Shown here in pieces: positions 18,164 through 28,624 of a DNA stretch of 64,000 bases. Below the pieces are notes generated by a model. That model was not told where the DNA came from. It ran no database searches and saw only the letters and a list, made by a program, of their open reading frames with translations. The translations under genes and the position numbers were made by a program. Location of the stretch: positions 516,943 to 580,942 of the forward strand of contig LNES01000003.1 of NCBI GenBank assembly GCA_001464115.1, read 5' to 3'. The DNA comes from Chlamydiae bacterium Ga0074140. Lineage in GTDB: Bacteria > Chlamydiota > Chlamydiia > Chlamydiales > Rhabdochlamydiaceae. Within the stretch, counting starts at the first letter, position 1. Every line of letters begins with the position of its first letter.

Positions 18164-19078
18164 TCAAATCAACAGGACATAATGCCCATCCGGATCCACG
18201 AGTAGTGCGGCTACGGTTTTCCCCTTCTCTTCGATTTTTCCGCGCATATGCTCTTTGCCAAGCTTCTTCAAAATCGGTTCGAGATTGGGGGTTTTGATGA
18301 TCGTTTTCGTGGCGGTGAGGTCGTGGGGAGCGTGTTTGCTAAGACGCCCCCTTTTTCCTCCGATGTAGTGGAGGAATTCCAGGCCGATTCCTTTCTCTTG
18401 TTTATCTCGGAGGCCAGTGATTCTGACTTTAGCGCCGGGGATGGAGGTGAGTCTCTCCTGCGTCTCCCCATAATTTAAGCTCTCTCCCATAACCTGAAGC
18501 CCTAAAATATCCTGGTAGAATTTCAGGCTTTTTTCGGTATCGGAGACGGCGATTGCGGTGTGGTCGATTCCTAAAAAGAGGCGGCCTCGATGCTCTTGCC
18601 ACTCTGCGCACCCCTTTCCTGGTGGATAAAAGATGATCTCTAATGGGTGGTGATCGGGTGAGCGAAAATAGAAGGCTTTGATGCCTGCTGCTGGTTTATT
18701 CCATTCTGGGATGGTTTGAGGGGAGTGGGAGATGGCATAGGCGTGATGTTGAGAGAGCTTCTTGTACGCTTTTTCCATATCAGAGACAACGATCGCAATG
18801 TGTTGGAACCAGAGATCGGAGCTGATCGAATCGGGAGGGAAGGGTTTTCCTTTTGGATTCAGCATTTCTGTGAGATAGATCTCCGCATTCCCTAGTTTCA
18901 TGCGCGTGCGTTTTGCATGTACCTCTGGATGGTGGTAGAGCTGTGCGAAAAAGCTGCTTTTTTCTTCCCGGGTTTCGAGTTCGGTAAATTCGAGGACTTC
19001 TCGGAAAAATTTGACCGCTTTCGAGAGATCGGTCACAACAAAATCAACGGCTTGAACGTAACTCACGCCGCGCTCCAA
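18164..19078 (-). CDS. VOC family protein, two-domain
   Basis: Two glyoxalase-like modules: QHIAIVVSDMEKAYKKL and IDHTAIAVSDTEKSLKFY. DPDGHYVLL is at the C-terminus. Confidence 0.7.
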   Translation of the reverse strand: MERGVSYVQAVDFVVTDLSKAVKFFREVLEFTELETREEKSSFFAQLYHHPEVHAKRTRMKLGNAEIYLTEMLNPKGKPFPPDSISSDLWFQHIAIVVSDMEKAYKKLSQHHAYAISHSPQTIPEWNKPAAGIKAFYFRSPDHHPLEIIFYPPGKGCAEWQEHRGRLFLGIDHTAIAVSDTEKSLKFYQDILGLQVMGESLNYGETQERLTSIPGAKVRITGLRDKQEKGIGLEFLHYIGGKRGRLSKHAPHDLTATKTIIKTPNLEPILKKLGKEHMRGKIEEKGKTVAALLVDPDGHYVLLI

Positions 19079-20166
19079 TTCACGACCGTTTTGATCTCAT
19101 CTTTTCCTGGATGCTCAATCGCTTCTAAAATCTTGTCGGGTGAAATATGCGAGGTAATGAGAGCTTGGAGCGATCCCTTCCACTTTGTGGTGGCAAGAGT
19201 GAGATCACGAACAGCCATTTCCCAGTGGTTTTTGCCCGCGTTGACACTACCGAGCGCGACCTGATTTTTCATGACGAAGTCGTGGACGATGTGGCCGCCA
19301 TTGATTTCGAAAGAGGAGGTGGGAGGAACGCCGGTGAGGACATAGCCGCCGTTGATGCCGAGCGCGCTAAAGAGATCGAACTCAACACGAGCCACACCCG
19401 CTGCCTCTAAAATGAGATCGATCTGCCCGAATTTTGTGGGGATATCACTGGTTTTTGTTGTTCGTGCATCGATGTAGGTTCCGCCTAGCTCTTGCAGAAT
19501 TTTGGTGCGAGGAGTTCCCGTATCGACGATATCCATGCCGAAGAGTTGGAAGCCTCTGAGGCGAAGCGCGATGCACGCCAGGAGACCGATGGGGCCAAGT
19601 CCCGCAACGAGCGCCTTTTTGTTTTTGTAAAGTGTGGTGTCTCTCCAGTCGGGAAGGCGAGCTTGCTGGATTGTGAGAATCTCATCGATCGCCTTTTCAA
19701 CGACAGACATCGGTTCTGTGAGCACTCCGTAAAGTTTAAGCTCGGGTGGAACTTTCACGAGGTACTGCTCCTCATCGATCACATACTCGGCATGAAACCC
19801 GTGTCTCCCTTTAATGCCTCTTTCGGTGTAGTTGCCTGTATAACAAAAATCCGAGCGCCCGCTTTTACAGGGAGCACAGCTGCCACAGCCGCGTCGCACA
19901 GTAATCACAGCGAGATCGCCCTTCTTGAAGGTGCGTACAGCCTGCCCCACCTCGACAACTTCAGCAACACTTTCGTGGCCGAGAATGAGAGTGTTTTCTC
20001 CTGCGGGAGGGAAGGCTCTTCCTCCTGCGACCTCTTCACGGTCGGTCCCACAGATGCCCACCTCGAGCATCTTGAGTTTGACCTCTGTCTCCTTCTGAAT
20101 CTTCGGCTCGGGAATCTCCTCGATGGAGAGCTTTTGAGTTTGAATGTTGAGAGCAATGGCTTTCAT
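19063..20166 (-). CDS. Zinc-dependent glucose 1-dehydrogenase (MDR family, archaeal Entner-Doudoroff type)
   Basis: GICGTDREEVAGG, LGHESVAEVVEVG, RRGCGSCAPCKSGRSDFC, LTEPMSVVEKAI and VAGLGPIGLL. The overall pattern closely follows Sulfolobus/Thermoplasma GDH as I remember it. Confidence 0.75.
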   Translation of the reverse strand: MKAIALNIQTQKLSIEEIPEPKIQKETEVKLKMLEVGICGTDREEVAGGRAFPPAGENTLILGHESVAEVVEVGQAVRTFKKGDLAVITVRRGCGSCAPCKSGRSDFCYTGNYTERGIKGRHGFHAEYVIDEEQYLVKVPPELKLYGVLTEPMSVVEKAIDEILTIQQARLPDWRDTTLYKNKKALVAGLGPIGLLACIALRLRGFQLFGMDIVDTGTPRTKILQELGGTYIDARTTKTSDIPTKFGQIDLILEAAGVARVEFDLFSALGINGGYVLTGVPPTSSFEINGGHIVHDFVMKNQVALGSVNAGKNHWEMAVRDLTLATTKWKGSLQALITSHISPDKILEAIEHPGKDEIKTVVNWSAA

Positions 20167-22808
20167 GATTTCCTCGTGAGTTCATCGATGAAGTTGGCGA
20201 CAAGACCGCTCCAGCCGGTCTGATGGGAGGCGCCGAGGCCCTTGCCTGTATCGGCGTGGAAGAATTCGTTGAAGAGAATCCAGTCTGAAAAATGGGGATC
20301 CTTTGCGAAGGGGTTGTCTGCCCCCATGCAAGGCCGGATCCCATTTTGATCTTTTTTAAAGAGAGAGATCATTCTCTCTTCGAGATGGCGGAGGATCTCT
20401 TCGATTGTAACAGGTTTTTCATCTTTCACAGTGATGCGGAAATCGGAATTGAACACGTCAGCAAAGACTCTGAGTGATTGGACGAGAAGGTAGGTGGTGG
20501 GAAACCAGAGAGGTCCGCGCCAGTTGGAGTTGCCACCCTTCAGTTTGGAGACCGCTTCCCCAGGCTCGTAGGTGATCTGCCTGTCTTTGTAGAAGAAGGG
20601 ATTCGCTTCATGAAATTTTGAAAGACTGCGGAGGCCAAAAGGAGAGCGGAACTCCTCGGGATCCCAGATGTAGCGAAGTACGCTCTGAAGCTGATCACGG
20701 GTGACGAGGGTGAGAAGGTAATTTTTCGCTCCTTTTTCAGCGAAGGGGATGACGCAATCTTTTGTGTGTACCTTTCGATTTTTCAGGAACCAGAGAAAGT
20801 TGCGCTTAAATTCAGGGAACTGGTTGAGCTCTTCCTCCGTGATGACCTCTGTCGCGTAAAGAGGGATGATGCCCACGAGGGAGCGGACGCGAAATTTCGC
20901 GAACTGTCCATCGGGGTAGGTGAGGACGTCATAGAAAAATCCATCCTTTTCGCTCCATAGCTCATAGTGCTTGCTGCCCCGCATCTTCATTGCGTGAGCG
21001 ATGTAGATGAAGTGCTGGAAGAACTTAGTCGCCATCGCTTCATAGGTCTTATCCTCTTTTGCAAGCACAAGCGCGATCCGCATCAGATTTAAACAGAAGA
21101 GCGCCATCCAGCCCGTCCCGTCCGATTGCCTCAGTGTGGCTCCTCCCTCAAAATCGAGAGAGCGGTCGACAATGGTGATGTTGTCGAGACCTAAAAATCC
21201 CCCCTCGAAAACATTGAGGCCTGAGCTGTCGACACGGTTAACCCACCAGGCGAAGTTGATGATGAGCTTCAAAAAGCATTTTTTCAGAAAGGCCCGATCT
21301 TCTATGCCCTCTTTCTTTTTCTGGATCTCATAAAGACGGAGAGCCACCCAGCTCTGGATCGGCGGATTGAGATCGGAGAACTCCCACTCATAAGCGGGAA
21401 TGGCGCCGTTCGGATGTTGGAACTGATCGAAGAGAAGAAGCCAGAGCTGCTCTTTTGCAAACTCGATATCGAGTAGAGAGAATGTCAAGCAGTGAAAAGC
21501 AAGATCCCACGCGGCGAACCAGGGATACTCCCACTTGTCGGGCATCGAAAGAATGCGCATCGAATTGAGGTGGCGCCAGTGGACATTGCGGATGCTCTCT
21601 CTAGATGCGGGCGGCGGAGAGTAGCTGTTATCTCCCTGCAGCCATTGATTGACATCGTAGAGGTAGATCTGCTTGCTCCATAGCATCCCCGCAAGCGCTT
21701 GTCTCTGGATCGCCTTCTCTTCTTCCGAAATATTTGCTGGATGTACAGAGGCATAGAATGCATCAGCCTCCTTTCTTCTCCGGTCAATGATCTGCTCAAA
21801 GTCTTTTAGAGGGTTTTCTTGAGGCGTATCAGAAAATCTCAACTGAACGATGGCGGATTTTCCGGGTGGAATGTTCTCGAAAAAGTAGTCAAAGCAGGCT
21901 TTTGTGCCCCTCTCTTCCGGATCCACCGTGTGTTGTTTGTGAATAATTGCGTTGTGAAACCCATCTTTGTAGTAGGAGATATCGGAGGAAAAATTTTCGT
22001 TATTCGTAAAAAGGGCTCGTCCCCCCTCTGATCCGTAGAGGTAACGTTTTCCAAGATGATAATCGAAGGAGAGCGTAGGCGGAGAGAGGAGCGCAGCGTC
22101 ATCTGCAATGAGACAGACCGTTTTTGCATCTTTTGTAATAACCGGTTCAGGAAGACGCGTGTCACCCCATGCCCACTGGTTGCGAAACCAGAGCTGGGGG
22201 ATGATGTGAAGTGAAGCCGGCTCGCTTGCGCGATTGATCGCTTCGATGCGAATGCAACAATCTTCTGGTGAGACCTTCGCATACTCGATGAAAATGTCGA
22301 AATAGCGATTCTCCGCAAAAACGCCCGTGTCGATCAGTTCATACTCGGGATCTTTGGCTCCTCGCTGGGCATTGACCTCTTTTAACTGCGCATAGGGAAA
22401 TTCCCCCTGCGGGTATTTGTAGAGGTATTTCATGTAGGAGTGTGTCGGCGTGCCATCGAGATGGTAGTAGCACTCCTTCACATCTTCACCGTGATTTCCT
22501 TGCAGGGAGGTGAGCCCGAAAAGGCGCTCCTTTAAGATCGGGTCTTTTCCATTCCAAAATGCCGGTGCAAAGGTGAGAATCTGATACCGGTCGCACCAGC
22601 CAGCAATCCCATCCTCCCCCCAACGGTAGACGCGCTTGTGAGAGTCTTCAAAAGGAAAGTAGCTCCAAGCGTCTCCATTCCAGCTATAATCTTCGCGTAC
22701 GGTTCCCCATGCACGTTCCGAGACGTAGGGTCCCCACTTTTGCCAAGGAGGAACGACCGTTGTGAAGGCCTCTTTAAGACGTGATTGTTCGTTTGCACTT
22801 TCGGGCAT
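20163..22808 (-). CDS. GH63-like glycoside hydrolase (MGH1-like glucosidase)
   Basis: 881 aa. The N-terminus WQKWGPYVSERAWGTVREDYS...AWSYFP is characteristic of bacterial GH63-related glucosidases of about 880 aa. It overlaps the next gene through an ATGA. Confidence 0.75.
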   Translation of the reverse strand: MPESANEQSRLKEAFTTVVPPWQKWGPYVSERAWGTVREDYSWNGDAWSYFPFEDSHKRVYRWGEDGIAGWCDRYQILTFAPAFWNGKDPILKERLFGLTSLQGNHGEDVKECYYHLDGTPTHSYMKYLYKYPQGEFPYAQLKEVNAQRGAKDPEYELIDTGVFAENRYFDIFIEYAKVSPEDCCIRIEAINRASEPASLHIIPQLWFRNQWAWGDTRLPEPVITKDAKTVCLIADDAALLSPPTLSFDYHLGKRYLYGSEGGRALFTNNENFSSDISYYKDGFHNAIIHKQHTVDPEERGTKACFDYFFENIPPGKSAIVQLRFSDTPQENPLKDFEQIIDRRRKEADAFYASVHPANISEEEKAIQRQALAGMLWSKQIYLYDVNQWLQGDNSYSPPPASRESIRNVHWRHLNSMRILSMPDKWEYPWFAAWDLAFHCLTFSLLDIEFAKEQLWLLLFDQFQHPNGAIPAYEWEFSDLNPPIQSWVALRLYEIQKKKEGIEDRAFLKKCFLKLIINFAWWVNRVDSSGLNVFEGGFLGLDNITIVDRSLDFEGGATLRQSDGTGWMALFCLNLMRIALVLAKEDKTYEAMATKFFQHFIYIAHAMKMRGSKHYELWSEKDGFFYDVLTYPDGQFAKFRVRSLVGIIPLYATEVITEEELNQFPEFKRNFLWFLKNRKVHTKDCVIPFAEKGAKNYLLTLVTRDQLQSVLRYIWDPEEFRSPFGLRSLSKFHEANPFFYKDRQITYEPGEAVSKLKGGNSNWRGPLWFPTTYLLVQSLRVFADVFNSDFRITVKDEKPVTIEEILRHLEERMISLFKKDQNGIRPCMGADNPFAKDPHFSDWILFNEFFHADTGKGLGASHQTGWSGLVANFIDELTRKS

Positions 22809-22874
22809 ATGTCTTCTTCTAGAAGAAGAGAATTAAAAGCGCAAGGGGCTGCGGAGACAAGAAAAAGGAGATTT

Positions 22875-22898
22875 TTAAACACCGAGAACACCGAGAAG
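22875..22898. repeat. Family A half-element (CACCGAG heptads)
   Basis: TTAAACACCGAGAACACCGAGAAG, preceded by a GGAGACAAG word like those in family B units. Confidence 0.4.
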
Positions 22899-22912
22899 AA
22901 AAGAGAGAGAGA

Positions 22913-23338
22913 TTAAGAACCCTTTTCGGTTTTTGATTCTTCTTTTCGTTCTGCAGGGTTTCTAGAAAGCAAATTCTGCATGCGTATTTGGAAATCTTTT
23001 TCGCGCGCCCGTGCCATTGCCTTTTCAACCCATGCCATCATGAGTCCATAACCGCGCTCACTAACTCTTTCTTTGCAGTATTCTTGATTTCTTTTGAGAC
23101 GCTCGACGTTTTCTTGAAGTTTCCGGTTCACCTCTTGAACACGCTTTGCAAGGTCTTGGTCGGAAGGGTGCATGCTTGCGCACTGTTTTGTTTCCGCATA
23201 TTTCGTAGTGAGATGTTCTACTTTTCGCGAGAGGCGAAAAATTCTTGTAGCTTTCATCAATCTCCACTCGTCTGTTTTGTAACGAGGGGTATCGCGTAGG
23301 TCAACGGGTTGTGTTGTTGTTGAAACTTTTAAAGACAT
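22913..23338 (-). CDS. Hypothetical protein, predicted helical and charged
   Basis: 141-aa ORF rich in K/E/R/Q, with coiled-coil-like stretches. No recognisable family. Confidence 0.45.
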   Translation of the reverse strand: MSLKVSTTTQPVDLRDTPRYKTDEWRLMKATRIFRLSRKVEHLTTKYAETKQCASMHPSDQDLAKRVQEVNRKLQENVERLKRNQEYCKERVSERGYGLMMAWVEKAMARAREKDFQIRMQNLLSRNPAERKEESKTEKGS

Positions 23339-23438
23339 TGTTTTACCTTATTTGTTTTCGGAAATTATCCTATTTTATGTAAAACAAAATCAATTTAAGT
23401 TATTATTAAAACATCAATTAAACTATTTAATTATGTTG

Positions 23439-24467
23439 TTAGTTGATCGGTCTCCGTTGGGTATGCTTTTCGATGGGGATGATCTCAAAGCGGGAGACGG
23501 GCTCTAGGAAGCGCTCCTGAGGGGTATAACGCCATTTGCGGCACTCGCCATACTTAAGGTCGGAAAGGCGCCTTCCAAACGGAATATTGAGTGAGAGCTC
23601 GCCCTGACCGATCCATTTAAAGTTGGGGTCGTAGGACCCTTGTGCGGCAAATCCGATGTAGGGGGAGAGGTGGCCGGAGAGGCGCAAGAAACCGCCGATC
23701 ACGTTTTTCCCGAAAAAGCCGTTCAGATAGTAGGCGCCACCTGTCAGTTTGCCATGCAGCCCTGCCCACTTAAAAATAACTCGTCCGATCTCAAGATCAC
23801 CCCCATAAAAATCATATTCGATCCTCTTCTGGATAAATAGCCGGCCATCATGCTCGACGATTTTTTTCGAGAGTGTTTTTCTTCTCCATCGCAGGGGAAT
23901 GTATCCATTTGCACGAAAATCCCACTGCTCTCCGAGGATTTCAATCCCTAGGCCGAGTTGTTGAAAGTGTGTATGTTTAACTTGTCGAAAGTCGTAAAAT
24001 GCATTGATGCCAAAGACGAGGCCGAGAGATTCTGAAAGATCGCGAAAACCTAGGCCCCCGTTTGCTGCCCATTTGCCTTCCTTCCACTTGCTATCTCTGA
24101 AATAATGTCCTCGCAGATCGAGAAAAGGAGTGAAGTTTCTTTCAGTTGTGTAAGAGAGAAAAAGGTCACTAGAGGTGTACCCTTGATGGTAGCCAATGCC
24201 CTTGCCCTCGTTATGGCGCACATCGAGAAAGTTCGGGTGGGCACGATTTTGGCAGTTCCAGTTAGAGTGTGATTCTGAGTGACAACTGGGAGAATTGGGA
24301 TCTGTTTTGCAGGAGTCTTTCGTTTGTGCAACCAGTTGCTCTTTTCTCTTAAGGTTGGTATCAAAGGTCGATTCTTGATTTGTGAGTATGAAGCGAGATG
24401 TAGGAGCCTTTTCCGCAAAAAGTGGAGGGGCGACGCAAAGCAAGAAAAGAGCTGTTCTCTTTGGCAA
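23439..24467 (-). CDS. Inverse-autotransporter beta-domain protein without passenger (outer-membrane beta-barrel)
   Basis: Signal peptide and a Cys-rich N-terminal stretch. Then KWAANGGLGFRDL, FGINAFYDFR, LGLGIEILG, WDFRANGYIPL and the linker RFLEPVSRFEIIPIEK. It is a paralogue of the barrel in the CDS at 1-2347 but ends about 10 aa after the linker. Confidence 0.7.
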   Translation of the reverse strand: MPKRTALFLLCVAPPLFAEKAPTSRFILTNQESTFDTNLKRKEQLVAQTKDSCKTDPNSPSCHSESHSNWNCQNRAHPNFLDVRHNEGKGIGYHQGYTSSDLFLSYTTERNFTPFLDLRGHYFRDSKWKEGKWAANGGLGFRDLSESLGLVFGINAFYDFRQVKHTHFQQLGLGIEILGEQWDFRANGYIPLRWRRKTLSKKIVEHDGRLFIQKRIEYDFYGGDLEIGRVIFKWAGLHGKLTGGAYYLNGFFGKNVIGGFLRLSGHLSPYIGFAAQGSYDPNFKWIGQGELSLNIPFGRRLSDLKYGECRKWRYTPQERFLEPVSRFEIIPIEKHTQRRPIN

Positions 24468-24525
24468 AATGACCTCCCGGTCAGTATGATGTGTTAAGAA
24501 AAGTTTTTATTACATTGTTTAATTT

Positions 24526-25509
24526 ATGACAAAAAAAACTCCTCCTCCCTGTCAGATGGAATTTGGGTATGACGAGTTTGGACATGAGATTCTTCTCAAA
24601 GATGGCCGCTTTCAGGTAATGATGGAGTGGGAAAGACCCTATATGGAAGCGTGTATCGACGCGCTTAAGCCGACAGGCGATGTTCTTGAGGTCGGGTTTG
24701 GTTGTGGCTACTCTGCCACAAGAATTCAAAGCTATCATCCTAAAAGCCACACGATTATCGAATACCATCCTGTTGTTGCAGCTCGTGCAAGAGAGTGGGC
24801 CAAAGCGTACCCAAATGTTGTGATTGTCGAAGATACCTGGCAAAACGCGCTCGAGCGTCTCGGGCTTTTCGACGCGATCTTTTTCGATGACTACCCGCTC
24901 GAGAGCGGCGCTCGGATGCAAGAGATGAAAGAGAAAAAAGAAAAGGCTCATCTGATCGTGGAGTCGGGAAAAAAGAAGATGGAAACGTTAGAAATGCAGG
25001 TTCCATTTCTGAAAGAGATCCGTTATTCCGATGAGGATATCCACGTGTTTTTCTCGTTGCTCGAACGGGAAGAGCAAGTAGAGGCAAAAGTGTTTCTCCG
25101 TTTCTTTTTCGATCTCGTCGATAAAAGCCAAATCACTCCCAAGCAACTGGAGAAGATTCTCGAAAAGCTGAAACAGGAAAAAGATCTTTCTGAGGAAGAG
25201 CTTGCCCGTTTCATCGCTGAACGTACACGCAACCCTACGCAGCAAGAATGGAGTGCCCGAGCAGCCGGCGATCGACTCTTTCAGTTCCTTGATCTTTGTC
25301 TGAAAAATCACATGCGAGAGGGATCTCGCTTCTCCTGCTTTTTGGAAGATCCCACATCGAAATTTGAGGATGAGAAATTCTTCAATCTCATTATCACCAA
25401 TCCTGCGCTCGAATATCATGAGTCGCGCATCCCGATAGAGGTGCCTGCAAACTGCGCCTATTACAAGGGCGATGAAGCTCTAGTGATTGTCATCACCAAG
25501 AAAGGATAA
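24526..25509 (+). CDS. Guanidinoacetate N-methyltransferase / RMT2-like SAM-dependent methyltransferase with an internal insertion of about 100-120 aa
   Basis: VMMEWERPYM, VLEVGFGCGYSA, IIEYHP, FDAIFFDDYPL, FQFLDLCLKNHMREGSRF and a C-terminal VPANCAYY...VITKKG. These parallel mammalian GAMT motifs (VMQAWETPYM, LEVGFGM, YDTYPL, PPADCRYY...VTKG), recalled from memory. Confidence 0.75.
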   Translation: MTKKTPPPCQMEFGYDEFGHEILLKDGRFQVMMEWERPYMEACIDALKPTGDVLEVGFGCGYSATRIQSYHPKSHTIIEYHPVVAARAREWAKAYPNVVIVEDTWQNALERLGLFDAIFFDDYPLESGARMQEMKEKKEKAHLIVESGKKKMETLEMQVPFLKEIRYSDEDIHVFFSLLEREEQVEAKVFLRFFFDLVDKSQITPKQLEKILEKLKQEKDLSEEELARFIAERTRNPTQQEWSARAAGDRLFQFLDLCLKNHMREGSRFSCFLEDPTSKFEDEKFFNLIITNPALEYHESRIPIEVPANCAYYKGDEALVIVITKKG

Positions 25510-25554
25510 AAAAGAAGGGGAGAGATCGGACGCGGAAGAAAGAGGGATTTTTTT

Positions 25555-25595
25555 GCGCGAAGCGCCTCGGTGTTCTCGCTGCGCTCGGCGTTTAA
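25555..25595. repeat. Family A half-element
   Basis: GCGCGAAGCGCCTCGGTGTTCTCGCTGCGCTCGGCGTTTAA closely matches the reverse complement of the left arm of the element at 31277-31368. Confidence 0.5.
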
Positions 25596-25611
25596 ATTCT
25601 TTCTTCCCTTT

Positions 25612-26349
25612 CTAAGCGCACAGCTCTTCGTTCACCTTATCGCTCTTCTTGAGGGGCAAGAAGCGCTTAAATGGCTGTATGTACTGGTCTAGTTGTTGAC
25701 TGGGTTGTTGTAGGAGGTCTTTCAGCATGTTGTTCAAGTTTTGCTGGATGAAGACCTTTTTCAACATCTCTCCAAGAACGCTATTCATCAGCTGGTCGAC
25801 GGGGAATCCCCCCTCGCTGCTGATGTTATTGAGTTCCATATAATCGATGCGGGGGAGATGGCGAACCTTTCCATCATCGAGGTAGACGAGGTCTGTATTG
25901 ATATTTGTGAGAACCACTTTTTTGATCAGAAGGGTTCTCTTGGTTTCTTTTTCGACAGGAGCAGGGGAAGATTTCTGGAGGTTATTCATGATTTGTGTCC
26001 AGTTGCCGTCGGTTCCCTTCGCGTTTTTAAACTCTAATCCCAAGTAGATGTTATCGATGTGAATCTCTTCTATCACAATATCTTTATTCAGATAACGGCT
26101 GACCGGCGCTTTCACATCAATCTCTTCGGCTGAAAAAGCCTTTTGGAGAACTCCGCCAGGAACGTTTCCAATGACAAGATCATCTACTTGGATTGTTCTT
26201 GGCCCCAGAATAATCCCATCGATGGAGACCTTTACACCCATCTCTTTTGTCAGTCTAGCGGAGAGCATGCCTGGGACTCGACCCCAAGCGAAGAAAGCGA
26301 CGACGACAATTACTAAGAGCAAAACGAGAAAAATTGTAGTTGGACGCAT
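25612..26349 (-). CDS. Hypothetical membrane-anchored protein
   Basis: 245 aa with a single N-terminal TM segment (IFLVLLLVIVVVAFFAW). The remainder is soluble. The family is uncertain, possibly AsmA/DUF748-like. Confidence 0.55.
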   Translation of the reverse strand: MRPTTIFLVLLLVIVVVAFFAWGRVPGMLSARLTKEMGVKVSIDGIILGPRTIQVDDLVIGNVPGGVLQKAFSAEEIDVKAPVSRYLNKDIVIEEIHIDNIYLGLEFKNAKGTDGNWTQIMNNLQKSSPAPVEKETKRTLLIKKVVLTNINTDLVYLDDGKVRHLPRIDYMELNNISSEGGFPVDQLMNSVLGEMLKKVFIQQNLNNMLKDLLQQPSQQLDQYIQPFKRFLPLKKSDKVNEELCA

Positions 26350-26472
26350 GGGTGAATCCTCTGGTTCTACCCCCTACACTAATAAAGTAATTTTTAACGT
26401 GCAACAAAAAGAAAAACCAAGGAAGAGATCTTCCTTGGTTTTGACTTTTGCATTCTGCGTTCTGATTTTTCA

Positions 26473-26499
26473 AAACGGGGGCCTTCGCCCCCTTTTTTT

Positions 26500-26500
<1 letters not shown>
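26473..26500 (-). terminator. Rho-independent terminator downstream of groEL, potentially bidirectional
   Basis: Stem GGGGGC, loop CTTC, stem GCCCCC, flanked by an A-run on one side and a T-run on the other. It lies immediately after the groEL stop. Confidence 0.6.
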
Positions 26501-28143
<1,643 letters not shown>

Positions 28144-28156
28144 CTAAATTTTTTAA

Positions 28157-28468
28157 TTATTCAACAATTGCAATGATGTCGTCAGCACGAACGATGATGA
28201 GCTCCTCGTCATCAATCGTCACCTCTTGTCCCGCGTACTTATCCATAAGAATTGTATCGCCGATTTTGACGGGGATAGGGAGTGTCTTTCCCTCTTTTGT
28301 GGTGATGCCCGATCCAATTGCAACGACCTTTGCGGTCTCCTGTTTCTTCTTAGCAGAATCAGGAAGAATGATGCCCCCCTTCAGGGTCTCTTCCTTTTCT
28401 AAACGTTTTGCCACAACTCGATTTCCGAGCGGTTTTAAAGATGTTTTTTTTGCTGTTTGTTGTGCCAT
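28157..28468 (-). CDS. groES: Co-chaperonin GroES
   Basis: 103 aa with LKPLGNRVVAKR and GGIILPDSAKKK. It sits directly upstream of groEL and has an AAGGAG RBS. Confidence 0.97.
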   Translation of the reverse strand: MAQQTAKKTSLKPLGNRVVAKRLEKEETLKGGIILPDSAKKKQETAKVVAIGSGITTKEGKTLPIPVKIGDTILMDKYAGQEVTIDDEELIIVRADDIIAIVE

Positions 28469-28556
28469 AGTTTCATCTCCTTAAAAATGGGATTTCCCAG
28501 ATTGTTAATTTCTGAAATTGCCAGTCTATCCTCTTTCTCTATTTTCTCGCAACAAT

Positions 28557-28583
28557 TTAGCACTTTGCCGCCGAAAGTGCTAA
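28557..28583 (-). promoter_or_regulatory. CIRCE operator (HrcA binding site) upstream of groES
   Basis: TTAGCACTT-N9-AAGTGCTAA against the consensus TTAGCACTC-N9-GAGTGCTAA. There is one compensated mismatch per arm. It lies 89 nt upstream of the groES start. Confidence 0.85.
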
Positions 28584-28624
28584 CCTGTGGTCTGCGGGTT
28601 TTGTTCGTTGAACTAAGAAAGACC

